Shown piece after piece: positions 42,601 to 51,968 of a stretch of DNA of 64,000 nucleotides. How positions within the stretch are numbered: the first letter of the stretch is position 1; every line of letters begins with the position of its first letter. Under the pieces are notes generated by a model that saw only the letters and a program-made list of their open reading frames with translations, searched no databases and was not told the origin of the DNA. This DNA is from Gammaproteobacteria bacterium. GTDB taxonomy: Bacteria; Pseudomonadota; Gammaproteobacteria; Legionellales; Legionellaceae. The DNA lies in the NCBI GenBank assembly GCA_024742995.1, contig JANSXK010000002.1, positions 198,232 to 262,231 on the forward strand. Direction: 5' to 3'. Made by a program: the position numbers and the translations under genes.

Positions 42601-44214
42601 TTCGATGCACTTTCGAAGCAAAACAGATGTCCTAAGAAAATTTTATATTTTCCAACTGTGACGATGGTTACGAAAAAAAGTGAGGATATGACTCCAAGGG
42701 TCGATTATTCCCATTTTCACCAATTGCTTTATATTGCCAAATCCCTAGGCGCAACATTTAAGAATGCGCCAATAAACTTATATGTTTTGACAAATAATAT
42801 GCAAGAAATAAGGGGGCAGGATTTATTGTGTCCAGAAAAAGCCACTGTTTTAGGGCCATGTCGTGTGATTGGTCAAGAATATCCGACAGTGACATGTTCG
42901 TGTATAGATGTTGAACTGCCTACATCCAGTCAGCAGTCGCATGAGCTTACAAAGCAACTTTTGCAAGAATTTACGTCCGAGACGAGTGATACTGTGGTTG
43001 CTTATCGGGGGCGTTATCGTTGGATACAAACCTTTTTACCCTGGAAAGCACAGTCATCCACCAATATAGAGGCACTGTCTCTCTTGCGAAAGAAAGGGGT
43101 ATATTTTATTACTGGGGGTTTAGGAGGCATTGGCTTAACTTTGGCTGAGTATTTTGCTGAAACGTGCCAAGGGACGATTATTTTAACAAGTCGTTCTGAA
43201 TTTCCAGAAAGATCAACATGGACGGATTGGCTAGAGCAAAAAGAAGAAAGTAACAAAGTGAGTCAAATCATTAAAAAACTGTTGCAAATAGAGGCATATG
43301 GGGCAACAGTTTGTGTTTTGTGCGCTGATGTGACTGAGGAATCGTCGATGCGCGGAGCAATAGATCATGTTCATCAGCATTATGGAGATATCCACGGGGT
43401 GGTGCATGCTGCCGGTCTTGCTGGGGGGGGATTGATTCAAGTAAAAACGAAGTCGGTGTCTGAAGAAGTCTTGAATCCTAAGATCCGTGGTGCGATGGTT
43501 TTGGGTAAGGTATTGGAAGGATCACGATTAGATTTCTTATTATTTTGTTCCTCTATCAATGCACTGCTCAATGCTATTGGTCAAGCGGATTATTGTGCTG
43601 CAAATGCTTTTTTAGATAGTTATGCGCATTATTTAAGGGCTACTACAGGGGTTTTTGCTGTTAGTGTGAACTGGGATACTTGGCAAGAAGTGGGTATGGC
43701 GGTAAACACATCAGTGCCGGATGCTTTAAGAGCATTACGAGATGAAAGTTTAAAGCAGGGAATACGTCCAGACGAGGCAAAACGTGTATTTCGTTATATT
43801 CTTGCCGCAAAATTACCACAGATTATTCTCTCAACCCAAGATTTAACAGCAGTGATGAAACAACATCAAGATGTCACTATGGCAATGTTGGATGAATATT
43901 CTGACCGAAATAAAAAGACTGTGGTGTCGCATCACAGACCTGATTTGAAGGTTGCATATATTGCGCCTAGTAATGAGATGGAATGTAGGGTTGCGGCGAT
44001 ATGGGAAGAGTTGCTTGATATTAAAGGGATTGGTATCGAAGATAATTTTTTTGATTTGGGTGGTCATTCTTTGCTTGCCAGTCAAATTTTGGCCAGATTA
44101 CGAGAAGCCTTTGGAGTAGAAATACCTCTGGATGTTATTTTTGACAAACCCACGATTGCAGATATGGCAATCATTGTTGAAGATAAAATTTTGGAAGAAA
44201 TTGAGATGGCGTAG
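39643..44214 (+). CDS. Type I PKS module KS-AT-KR-ACP
   Basis: KS (about 39646-40932) has TACSSSLVA, EAHGTGT and NIGHLNAASG. AT (about 41215-42288) has GHSIGE and HAFHS, the malonyl-type signature. KR (about 42355-43713) has ITGGLGGIG, SSINA and YCAANAFLD. ACP (about 43975-44178) has FFDLGGHSLLA. ATG 39643 is preferred over TTG 39634. Confidence 0.95.
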   Translation: MESSIAVIGMAGRFPGAETLPQFWRNLINGVETIRFFSQDELTPSYTDPVSFSHPDYIGARGILENIDMFDAGFFNINPREAAVMDPQHRLFLECAWEALEHSGYMPGCSSGTIGVVASSYHNTYLLNNLYSNTSLMTLVGGDVIMHGNAHDHLATHVAYKLNLSGPSLTVQTACSSSLVAVHLACQQLLNGESDVVLAGGVCVNVPEKSGYLYQEGGIFSSDGHCRAFDEKAQGTVFGNGLGIVVLKRVDEALAAGDCIHAVIKGTAINNDGAAKVGYMAPSAEGQAAVITEALAVADVDPETIAYIEAHGTGTAMGDAIEVAALTSAYGHATQKKNFCGIGSIKTNIGHLNAASGVAGLIKTILSLQHKILPPTLNANNPNPNLNIEDSPFYIHSQCTDWVDGKFPRRAGVSSFGVGGTNAHVILEEAPRTQATIESGPQLIILSAKTSTALEEMTANFIRHLEDYPDQTLSDVAFTLQVGRQAFSHRRMIVAQERDVLIQQLANHDKNHVFTQRLSESSSKKIVFMFSGQGSQYVNMASDLYQQQPMFRQHIDYCSEQLIPHLGLDLRTVLYCESQEQIEKSSELLTQTALAQPAIFVIEYALARLWMAWGIEPDYMIGHSIGEYVAACLAGVFELEDALELVALRGQIMQNVPEGSMLAVASSAEKIEPLIIEKPLCVAAINTFTSCVISGECLAINDLQTCLTAEGISHQLLHTSHAFHSCMMDGILKEFGSKLKSLQLQSPQRLYVSNLTGKLITDEEATDPNYWVNHLRHTVLFAKGVESLLMQSPEERALIFLEVGPSNALSTMIRQVVSPMNHHEVISSLRHPKKVEHDLVVLLRALGQLWLHAGTVIHWQMVHDEPSGRVPLPTYPFERSSYWIEPQYSSVIAEKGDQLGKNQNSLEWFYLPSWRQAVLPLNHHLFTEADEWLIFEDCCGVSDSIIEYLLDHQQRVTRVGGGETWSCIDSSTFAIDFQMPEHYEALFDALSKQNRCPKKILYFPTVTMVTKKSEDMTPRVDYSHFHQLLYIAKSLGATFKNAPINLYVLTNNMQEIRGQDLLCPEKATVLGPCRVIGQEYPTVTCSCIDVELPTSSQQSHELTKQLLQEFTSETSDTVVAYRGRYRWIQTFLPWKAQSSTNIEALSLLRKKGVYFITGGLGGIGLTLAEYFAETCQGTIILTSRSEFPERSTWTDWLEQKEESNKVSQIIKKLLQIEAYGATVCVLCADVTEESSMRGAIDHVHQHYGDIHGVVHAAGLAGGGLIQVKTKSVSEEVLNPKIRGAMVLGKVLEGSRLDFLLFCSSINALLNAIGQADYCAANAFLDSYAHYLRATTGVFAVSVNWDTWQEVGMAVNTSVPDALRALRDESLKQGIRPDEAKRVFRYILAAKLPQIILSTQDLTAVMKQHQDVTMAMLDEYSDRNKKTVVSHHRPDLKVAYIAPSNEMECRVAAIWEELLDIKGIGIEDNFFDLGGHSLLASQILARLREAFGVEIPLDVIFDKPTIADMAIIVEDKILEEIEMA

Positions 44215-44260
44215 TGATGACGTTTATTTTGGAAAATATTGTATTAAATAAGGGTGTCGT

Positions 44261-45814
44261 ATGTGTGGGATAGCTGGAATCATCGGATCTGCGGCAAATG
44301 AAGCACGCTTAAATAGTATGTTAGTGCGTATTGCTCATCGTGGTGAGCCAGCATATCAACAAGAGAAAAAATTGCTGAATCAAACTGTAATAGGTATGAA
44401 TCGTTTGGCTATTGTTGATGAGCAATATGGTCAGCAACCATTTACTGATAATGCAGGTGTTTTTTGTATTTTTAATGGCGAAATCTATAATTGTTTACAG
44501 CTTAGGCAAGAACTATCCAAACATGTAACGTTTCGTACCAGCTGTGATACGGAAGTGGTGCTCCAAAGCTATATTTATTGGGGTGAGCATTTTGTTGAGA
44601 AACTTGATGGGAAGTTCTCATTATGCATCATTGATGTGACGAAGGATCAGTTTATTTTAGCCAGAGATCATATTGGTATAAAGCCTTTATATTATGCCAA
44701 TTGGGGTGACAGTATTTTGTTTTCATCAGAAATGAAATCATTTTGCGATATGGCAGAGGTGCATGAGATTAAAAGCATCCCGCCTGGTGCTTATATGATA
44801 AATGGCATAATAAAGCGATATTATGATGTTCCTCCTCTGGTGGAGAGTAATGAAACCACATTACGTGGTTTAAAAAATCGTTTGATTGATGCGGTAAGAA
44901 AACGCATTCCTGATGATGCTAATAAAATAGCTTGTTTACTCAGTGGTGGCCTTGATAGCTCTATTATCCTTTACATTGCTAGTCAGTTATCTGTCGAGGT
45001 CGAGGCATTTACTTTTGCACATCCTAGCCAGTCTTCGGCTGATTTGGATGCAGCTCGACGACTTTGCCAAGATTTAAATATTCATCACGTCATCGTTTCT
45101 CCCGATGAAGAAGAACTCATGGATTTTTATTTAAAGCAGGGTGTCTATTTAACGGAATCTTATGAACCTGTTCTGGTTCGTAATGCAGTCAGTTATCACT
45201 ATGTATGCAAAGCAGTCAGGAAAAAGGGATATAAATTTGTATTAAATGGGGAAGGCGCTGATGAGTTATTTGGTGGTTATGCTTTTTTTAAAGAAATTAA
45301 TGTGGGTATCAGGGATGAAGCGATCAGGTATTCTCTTTTAAAACTTCACCAGACTTATTTGCAGATGGCTGATCGAGCTTCCATGTACACTACCCTGGAA
45401 GCTAGAGTGCCCTATATGGATAAAGCTTTGATTGATTATAGTATGACTTTCCCATCAAATTTTCGTATCAATGGTGAAGAGGACAAATGGGCACTACGAC
45501 AAGTGTTTAAAGAAGAATTGCCTGTCTATATTACTCAGAGAGCTAAGACGGGTATGAATGAAGGTGCTGGCTTTGGACGCAATAGTTCAACAGAAAGTAT
45601 TTATCACAAAGCAATTAAGCGGTATTACGAACGCAATCCTTCCTTAAAAAAACAGGACCTAGATGTTTGTAAAAAATACAACGAATATCTAGTGAATTTG
45701 GATAATCTGGAAGAAGTTTATTTGTTCCCGAGGTTTGTCGAGAATAATTATCATCGTCATGAATGGGCAAAAGAGCGTTTACAATTGAATACCCCACTTA
45801 TACGCGAAATATAA
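44261..45814 (+). CDS. Asparagine synthetase B-type glutamine amidotransferase (517 aa)
   Basis: N-terminal nucleophile MCGIAG, with the PP-loop SGGLDSS. Confidence 0.9.
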   Translation: MCGIAGIIGSAANEARLNSMLVRIAHRGEPAYQQEKKLLNQTVIGMNRLAIVDEQYGQQPFTDNAGVFCIFNGEIYNCLQLRQELSKHVTFRTSCDTEVVLQSYIYWGEHFVEKLDGKFSLCIIDVTKDQFILARDHIGIKPLYYANWGDSILFSSEMKSFCDMAEVHEIKSIPPGAYMINGIIKRYYDVPPLVESNETTLRGLKNRLIDAVRKRIPDDANKIACLLSGGLDSSIILYIASQLSVEVEAFTFAHPSQSSADLDAARRLCQDLNIHHVIVSPDEEELMDFYLKQGVYLTESYEPVLVRNAVSYHYVCKAVRKKGYKFVLNGEGADELFGGYAFFKEINVGIRDEAIRYSLLKLHQTYLQMADRASMYTTLEARVPYMDKALIDYSMTFPSNFRINGEEDKWALRQVFKEELPVYITQRAKTGMNEGAGFGRNSSTESIYHKAIKRYYERNPSLKKQDLDVCKKYNEYLVNLDNLEEVYLFPRFVENNYHRHEWAKERLQLNTPLIREI

Positions 45815-45854
45815 GGTTCCTTTATTTATTAGTATCAATGAACAGTGTGGGAAA

Positions 45855-46583
45855 ATGAAAGAAAAATCAAATTATATATTAGGAGTGTTGGGTGGGGTTG
45901 GTCCTTTGGCTTCTGCAAAGTTTATTGAGTCTATTTATAAAACCCAGTCCAAAATTGTTCATGTAGAGCAAGAACATAGTCAAGTGTTTCTTTACTCTGA
46001 TCCGTCTATGCCAGATCGTACGGCGTATTTTAGTCAGGGTTTAAAACAGGACCTTTTTGTCCGGCTGACTCAAAATTTGTATAAATTACTGGAAATGGGG
46101 GTTGATGAAATTGTTGTTTGTTGTTACACACTACATCATATTTTATCAGATCTACCCCAAGATCTTATACAGAAAATTGTTTCTTTACCCTGTTTGGCGC
46201 TGTTTGAAGTCATACGGTTGAAAAAAAAATCGTTATTGTTATGTAGCTCTGGAGCCATGCGTCTGAAAGTGTTTGAACATAGTCCATTTTGGCCAGATGC
46301 CCAAAACTATATTGTGAAGCCGGACGATGATGATCAACGATGTATTCATCAAACTATTTACCAGTTAAAACGGAATAGTGGTCACGTTGAAGCCTTTCAA
46401 TTGCTTAAAAACATGCAAAAAAAATATGAAGTGGATACTTGGATTGCAGGATGTACTGAGTTTCATTTGTTGAGTGCAGAATTACATTTTTCTAGTAAGC
46501 GGAGTGTTGATTTTGATGCTGGTATTGATCCACTGCTTATGATAGCAGATCGGATGGCTCATGAAAGATGCGCTAAAGGGTAA
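45855..46583 (+). CDS. Aspartate/glutamate racemase-family enzyme
   Basis: 242 aa. It has LGVLGGVGPLAS and two catalytic-Cys contexts, VVCCYTLH and AGCTEFHLL. Confidence 0.85.
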   Translation: MKEKSNYILGVLGGVGPLASAKFIESIYKTQSKIVHVEQEHSQVFLYSDPSMPDRTAYFSQGLKQDLFVRLTQNLYKLLEMGVDEIVVCCYTLHHILSDLPQDLIQKIVSLPCLALFEVIRLKKKSLLLCSSGAMRLKVFEHSPFWPDAQNYIVKPDDDDQRCIHQTIYQLKRNSGHVEAFQLLKNMQKKYEVDTWIAGCTEFHLLSAELHFSSKRSVDFDAGIDPLLMIADRMAHERCAKG

Positions 46584-46590
46584 AACAGTT

Positions 46591-49500
46591 ATGGATACAA
46601 TAAATCAACATCATGATACTTTGATTGCACTATTGGAGGAGCGCGCTCTTTCTCAGGCGAATGATACCGCTTTTATTTTTTTGCGAGACGGAGATAAAGA
46701 CGAAGTACAGATTACTTACCAAGCGCTTCGTCGTGCAGCAGTGACAATAGCCGGCTATTTGCAAACGGTGACTCAACCCAATGGTAGGGCTGTTTTAATC
46801 TATCCATCTGGTTTGGAATTTATTTGTGCGTTTTTTGGATGTTTGTACGCAGGCATTTTAGCTGTACCGGTGCAAGCACCTCGAGTAAATAGGGGTTTCG
46901 CTGCGTTACAAGCCATCATTGATAATGCTGAGCCGACTGTGATTCTTACAGAAGATAATCTTTTTCTTTTTGTGAAAAAAAACTTATCAATGTTTTCAGT
47001 TGTTGCAACAGATACTTTGGATGACTCTTACTATGGCAGGTGGGTGAGTCCTTCTGTGAATGAGCAACATATCGCTTTTTTGCAATATACTTCTGGGTCG
47101 ACTGGTTTGCCCAAAGGGGTTATGGTCAGTCATCATAATATTCTCCATAATCAACACATGATAAAAGACGCATTCCAGCACGATCGGCATTCAATCATTG
47201 TCGGGTGGTTGCCTTTTTATCATGACATGGGATTGATTGGTAACATGTTACAGCCTATATATTTGGGTAGACCATGTATTTTTATGCAACCAATGACTTT
47301 TTTGCAGCATCCTTTTCTTTGGTTGCAAGCAGTATCACGTTATCGCGCTACTACCAGTGGTGGCCCAAGTTTTTCTTATGAGTTATGCCTCAAAAAAGTT
47401 ACTCCAGAACAGCGTGATACTTTGGATTTAAGTTGTTGGACAACGGCGTTCAATGGCGCCGAACCTGTGAAAGCAGACGTGCTTAGACGTTTTTCAGATT
47501 ATTTTGCAGCGTGTGGTTTTAAAAACAATTCTTTTTTACCCTGTTATGGTATGGCAGAGGCAACTTTATTGATTACGGGAGGTGGGCAATCATCACGACC
47601 TGTTGTTCGAGACGTAGAACAAAAGTCGCTTGAAAAAAATAGGGTGTTGTTAAATACAGATGCAAGTGGTGCGAGCTTAACCTTAGTAGGGTGCGGACAG
47701 CTTCATGCAGATCAAGATGTGGCTATTGTATCCCCAAAAAACTTTAAACAATGCTCTCCAAACGAGATTGGTGAAATATGGGTTTCAGGCCCTAGTGTTG
47801 CTCAAGGATATTGGAATAACCCAACCGCTACTGAGGAAACATTTAGATCGCGATTGCACGCCACAGATCAACGACATTATTTACGTACGGGTGATTTGGG
47901 TTTTGTCTACGACCATGAGCTATTTATTGTGGGTAGATTGAAAGATCTGATTATTCTTCGTGGACGTAATTACCATCCTCAAGATATAGAGCAGCAAGTT
48001 GAAAAAAGCCATGTTGCATTAAAGCCAAATTGTGGTGCCGCATTTTCCGTTGATGTGGAAGGCGAGGAGCAATTGGTGATTGTGCATGAAATTGAGCGCA
48101 GTCATATTAGATCATTAGATGTGAAAACAGTTCTTGCTGCCGTGCGGAAGGCGGTTGCAAATTATTTTGATTTGACGATTCATGCAGTGTTGTTATTAAA
48201 AACAGGCCAGATCCCGAAAACATCTAGTGGGAAGGTGAAACGACGCCAGTGTAAGCTTCATTTTTTAAATGACAGTTTTCAAGTTGTTGGCTCCAGTGCT
48301 AAATATGGTGATTCAAATTCACAGTTTGGTGATATGGCTAGCATATCTGAGCATGGGCAATTGCAATTTGTTAACTGTCTTGCTGATGTGCTGAAAATTA
48401 AATCGTCTGACATTGATATAACACAATCATTAAATGCAGTGGGTGTGGATTCATTAATGGCGGTTGATCTCAAAACTGATCTTAAACTACGTATGGGTAT
48501 TGATTGGCCAATGGTGCGTTTTTTACAAGATGAGACAATCAAACAGTTGGCACTATGTGCCGAAGCGGAATGTAATACAAACCTGATGTCTGTTTACCCC
48601 AGTGAGGGTACATCAAATTTAAATGAAGTTTCATTGTCTGCAAATCAACACGCGATGTATTTTTTGTATAAATTGGCTCCAGATAGTTCTGCACACCATG
48701 TTTTTTTTGCCGTTACCATTCAACAATCGTTGAATCAAGAAATGTGGGATTTGGCTTGGAAACGTTTGATAGCTCGGCATCCAGTTTTACGTACAACGTA
48801 TCATGCTCAGGATGGTAAAACGATACAAAAAGTGCATGAGGATGTAGCTATTCCTATACAATGGGAGCAGTGCGTTGAATACGATCAGCGTACTTTGGAA
48901 CAAAAAATGCAATTAGAAATAGCACGGCCTTTTGTGCTCGACAGAGAGCTACCATTAAGGCTGCACATGTATTCAAAGAAGCAAGAAGAAAATATTTTTC
49001 TATTCATAGCACATCATATCGGCTGTGATCTTCATTCTATTATGATACTGATGCGTGAGTTTGGGTTGATTTATCAAGGTCTTATGCTAAATCGTGCGGT
49101 TTCATTACCAAAAATCGCAATAACCTATACAGACTATACGTATCATCAAATAAGGGCGTTTGAGGGTGATAAAGTAAAACAACAGGAACGTTATTGGAAA
49201 AAGAAATTATCGGGGCCTTTACCCACTTTGAATTTAATTACGGATACTTGTCGGCAACCTATGCAAACATTTAAGGGCACAGCGACTTTTTTCAAAATAA
49301 GTCAAGAAGTGTTGCATCCATTAGTCGCGCTAGCAAAAAATAATTCGGTAACCCTTTATACCTTATTAGTGGCGGTATTCCAGGTTTTATTACACCGTTA
49401 TACAGGGCAAGATGATATTATCATTGGTAGTCCCGTTTCGGGGAGAACCCAGCCTGAAATACAGTCAGTTGTTGGCTGTTTTATCAATACGATTGTTCTA

Positions 49501-51900
49501 AGATCAAAATTTGATGTTGATTTAAGTTTTGTCGGTTTTTTAAGTCAGGTTCGGCAGACGGTATTAGAAGCATTTGAGCATCAAGACTATCCTTTTCATA
49601 AATTGGTTGAGCACGTGCAGCCCCAACGTGATATGAGTCGCTCTCCAATTTTTCAAGCGATGCTTATTATGCAAAACGCAAGACAATTGGAAGATGCGGC
49701 TCCTTTCTTAGTGAATGAAGAAAATGTTGTTTTAAATTTAAATGGTTTGTTGTTGCAATCATTTCCATTGGCGAAGCAAACAGCACTACATGATCTGACT
49801 TTACAAATGATAGAAACCAAAGAAGGACTATCTTGTTCTTTTGAATATAATTCAGATTTATTCGATGTTGATACGATAGAAAGTTTATCCAGATCCTTTA
49901 TGATCCTGATTCAAGAACTTATCTCTGCTCCCACCCAAAAGATGAAACATTTATTGGTTGCTGCGTCTCCAGAAAAAAACAACGTTGTTAAGCAATCTGT
50001 CATAACAGGATCTTTGAAAAGCCATGATAATTTTCTGGATGATTTTGCAGCGCAGGTTGCGAAGCACCCTGAAAAGATTGCAGTACAATTTGATGGACAA
50101 TGTTTAACTTACCAAGCATTGCATGAGCACTCCAACCAGTTAGCGCATTATTTACAAAAACAGGGTGTGTGTTCAGACGTATTGGTGGGTGTTTTTCTGG
50201 ATAGATCGCTGGATATGATGGTAGCGTTGCTTGCGATTCTTAAGGCAGGGGGGGCTTATCTTCCTTTAGATCCTAATTATCCAAAAGAAAGATTAGCGTT
50301 CATGATGAAGGACTCTGAATTAGAGTTACTGATAACTCATCGAAATATATTGCATAAGCTGGGTAGTGATGCACTTAAAATCATCGATTTGACACGAGAT
50401 TTTGATGTGATAAATCAGCAAGGCACAGAGACACCAGAGAGTATTGTGAGACCTTCAAGTTTGGCCTATGTGCTTTACACTTCCGGATCAACTGGGCAAC
50501 CTAAAGGGGTGATGATTCAACGTGATGCACTGAATCATTTTTTAGACGCGATATCAGCCGCTATTACTTTCAATGAAAACGATACCTTGTTAGCGGTTAC
50601 CACGATTTCTTTTGATATTGCTGTTCTTGAGTTGTTTCTGCCATTAAAAGTGGGTGCGCGAATTATTCTGACGGACTCCAAATCTTTTAATAATGTTGAT
50701 TACCTCATAGAGATGTTGCATCGACATCAGATTTCCGTGATGCAAGCGACACCTGCGACATGGCAGCTGTTGCTTGCAAATCAATGGCAATGTGAAAAAG
50801 GATTTAAGGCATTAGTGGGTGGAGATGTGATGCCGCCTATAGTAGCAGAAAAACTATTACAAAGGCATTGTTTAATATGGAATTTATATGGGCCGACTGA
50901 AAACACAGTATGGTCATTAGTACATGCTGTAAACGAGATCAAAAAAGATAAACTTGGGCATCTAAAGCCTATCCCTATTGGAAAACCAATTGGCTCAGTG
51001 CAAGCCTATATATTAGATTCTATTCATCAAACAACACTGACAGGTGTTCCGGGTCAACTGTACCTTGGAGGTGATGGTTTGGCACGAGGATATTTAAATC
51101 AGCAAGAGTTAACACAAACAAAATTTATTTCCCATCCATATAGTATGAATCCGAGAGCACGTCTTTATGCGACAGGCGATTTGGCCCGATATTTACCAAA
51201 TGGCACGATTGAATTTCTGGGTCGTATTGATAATCAGGTCAAATTACGGGGATATCGGATTGAATTAGGGGAAATCGAGAATGTGTTGTTGACACATGAG
51301 GCTATACTGGAATGCGCAGTGATTTTACACCAACAATCTGTAGATAATCCTCCTTGTTTGGTTGCATATATCGTTACCACATTACCTGTGAGTAGTACGG
51401 ATCTTCAGCAGTTTTTAATGAGGTTTTTGCCATCTTATATGATACCTGCAATATTTGAAGTTCTTTCTTCGCTGCCAAAAACTCAGAATAGTAAAATTGA
51501 TCGTATGGCACTTACTCAGATGTCACCACATCGGGCTTCCACAGCAGATACGCCTCCAAGTACAGAAACGGAAATTTTGTTGAGCAATATTTGGTGTGAT
51601 GTTTTGAAAATCAATCAGGTAGGGATCCATGATAATTTCTTTCATTTGGGCGGACATTCTTTATTGGCATTAAAAGTATCAAATTTATTAATTGAACGGT
51701 ATGCTATTTGTGTCCCATTACATCTTTTATTTGAGCAACCTACTATTGCCATGTTAGCACTAGAGATTGATAGGCAACAGAAAGCGTTATGTAACAAAAG
51801 TGACAGTGTATCGATGATCTTAGATAAAGTAAAAAATCTTTCACCAGAGGAAGTACGTAGTCTTTTAGAGGAAAAAAGGGCACGCTTTGCCGAGGTTTGA
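46591..51900 (+). CDS. Lipoinitiation NRPS FAAL-ACP-C-A(Gly)-T
   Basis: FAAL (about 46591-48285) has FLQYTSGSTGLPKGVMVSH and LRTGDLGF. ACP (about 48343-48555) has GVDSLMAVDL. The C domain (about 48613-49935) has HHIGCDLHS. The A domain (about 50038-51525) has VLYTSGSTGQPKG, FDIAVLE and NLYGPTENTVW. The T domain (about 51553-51765) has FFHLGGHSLL. ATG 46591 is preferred because it lies 7 nt after the racemase stop. Confidence 0.95.
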   Translation: MDTINQHHDTLIALLEERALSQANDTAFIFLRDGDKDEVQITYQALRRAAVTIAGYLQTVTQPNGRAVLIYPSGLEFICAFFGCLYAGILAVPVQAPRVNRGFAALQAIIDNAEPTVILTEDNLFLFVKKNLSMFSVVATDTLDDSYYGRWVSPSVNEQHIAFLQYTSGSTGLPKGVMVSHHNILHNQHMIKDAFQHDRHSIIVGWLPFYHDMGLIGNMLQPIYLGRPCIFMQPMTFLQHPFLWLQAVSRYRATTSGGPSFSYELCLKKVTPEQRDTLDLSCWTTAFNGAEPVKADVLRRFSDYFAACGFKNNSFLPCYGMAEATLLITGGGQSSRPVVRDVEQKSLEKNRVLLNTDASGASLTLVGCGQLHADQDVAIVSPKNFKQCSPNEIGEIWVSGPSVAQGYWNNPTATEETFRSRLHATDQRHYLRTGDLGFVYDHELFIVGRLKDLIILRGRNYHPQDIEQQVEKSHVALKPNCGAAFSVDVEGEEQLVIVHEIERSHIRSLDVKTVLAAVRKAVANYFDLTIHAVLLLKTGQIPKTSSGKVKRRQCKLHFLNDSFQVVGSSAKYGDSNSQFGDMASISEHGQLQFVNCLADVLKIKSSDIDITQSLNAVGVDSLMAVDLKTDLKLRMGIDWPMVRFLQDETIKQLALCAEAECNTNLMSVYPSEGTSNLNEVSLSANQHAMYFLYKLAPDSSAHHVFFAVTIQQSLNQEMWDLAWKRLIARHPVLRTTYHAQDGKTIQKVHEDVAIPIQWEQCVEYDQRTLEQKMQLEIARPFVLDRELPLRLHMYSKKQEENIFLFIAHHIGCDLHSIMILMREFGLIYQGLMLNRAVSLPKIAITYTDYTYHQIRAFEGDKVKQQERYWKKKLSGPLPTLNLITDTCRQPMQTFKGTATFFKISQEVLHPLVALAKNNSVTLYTLLVAVFQVLLHRYTGQDDIIIGSPVSGRTQPEIQSVVGCFINTIVLRSKFDVDLSFVGFLSQVRQTVLEAFEHQDYPFHKLVEHVQPQRDMSRSPIFQAMLIMQNARQLEDAAPFLVNEENVVLNLNGLLLQSFPLAKQTALHDLTLQMIETKEGLSCSFEYNSDLFDVDTIESLSRSFMILIQELISAPTQKMKHLLVAASPEKNNVVKQSVITGSLKSHDNFLDDFAAQVAKHPEKIAVQFDGQCLTYQALHEHSNQLAHYLQKQGVCSDVLVGVFLDRSLDMMVALLAILKAGGAYLPLDPNYPKERLAFMMKDSELELLITHRNILHKLGSDALKIIDLTRDFDVINQQGTETPESIVRPSSLAYVLYTSGSTGQPKGVMIQRDALNHFLDAISAAITFNENDTLLAVTTISFDIAVLELFLPLKVGARIILTDSKSFNNVDYLIEMLHRHQISVMQATPATWQLLLANQWQCEKGFKALVGGDVMPPIVAEKLLQRHCLIWNLYGPTENTVWSLVHAVNEIKKDKLGHLKPIPIGKPIGSVQAYILDSIHQTTLTGVPGQLYLGGDGLARGYLNQQELTQTKFISHPYSMNPRARLYATGDLARYLPNGTIEFLGRIDNQVKLRGYRIELGEIENVLLTHEAILECAVILHQQSVDNPPCLVAYIVTTLPVSSTDLQQFLMRFLPSYMIPAIFEVLSSLPKTQNSKIDRMALTQMSPHRASTADTPPSTETEILLSNIWCDVLKINQVGIHDNFFHLGGHSLLALKVSNLLIERYAICVPLHLLFEQPTIAMLALEIDRQQKALCNKSDSVSMILDKVKNLSPEEVRSLLEEKRARFAEV

Positions 51901-51968
51901 TTGTGGTTTCAACCTATGGTGCATTGTGGAGATGAAAGCGTGAGATCAATATTTTACTTGAGGTAATC

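Noticed and set aside
44261-45814. The idea that the AsnB homologues are beta-lactam synthetase or carbapenam synthetase-type cyclases.
   Set aside because: Both proteins retain the N-terminal Cys (MCGI..) of glutamine-hydrolysing amidotransferases, which those cyclases lack. Amidation is the more economical reading.
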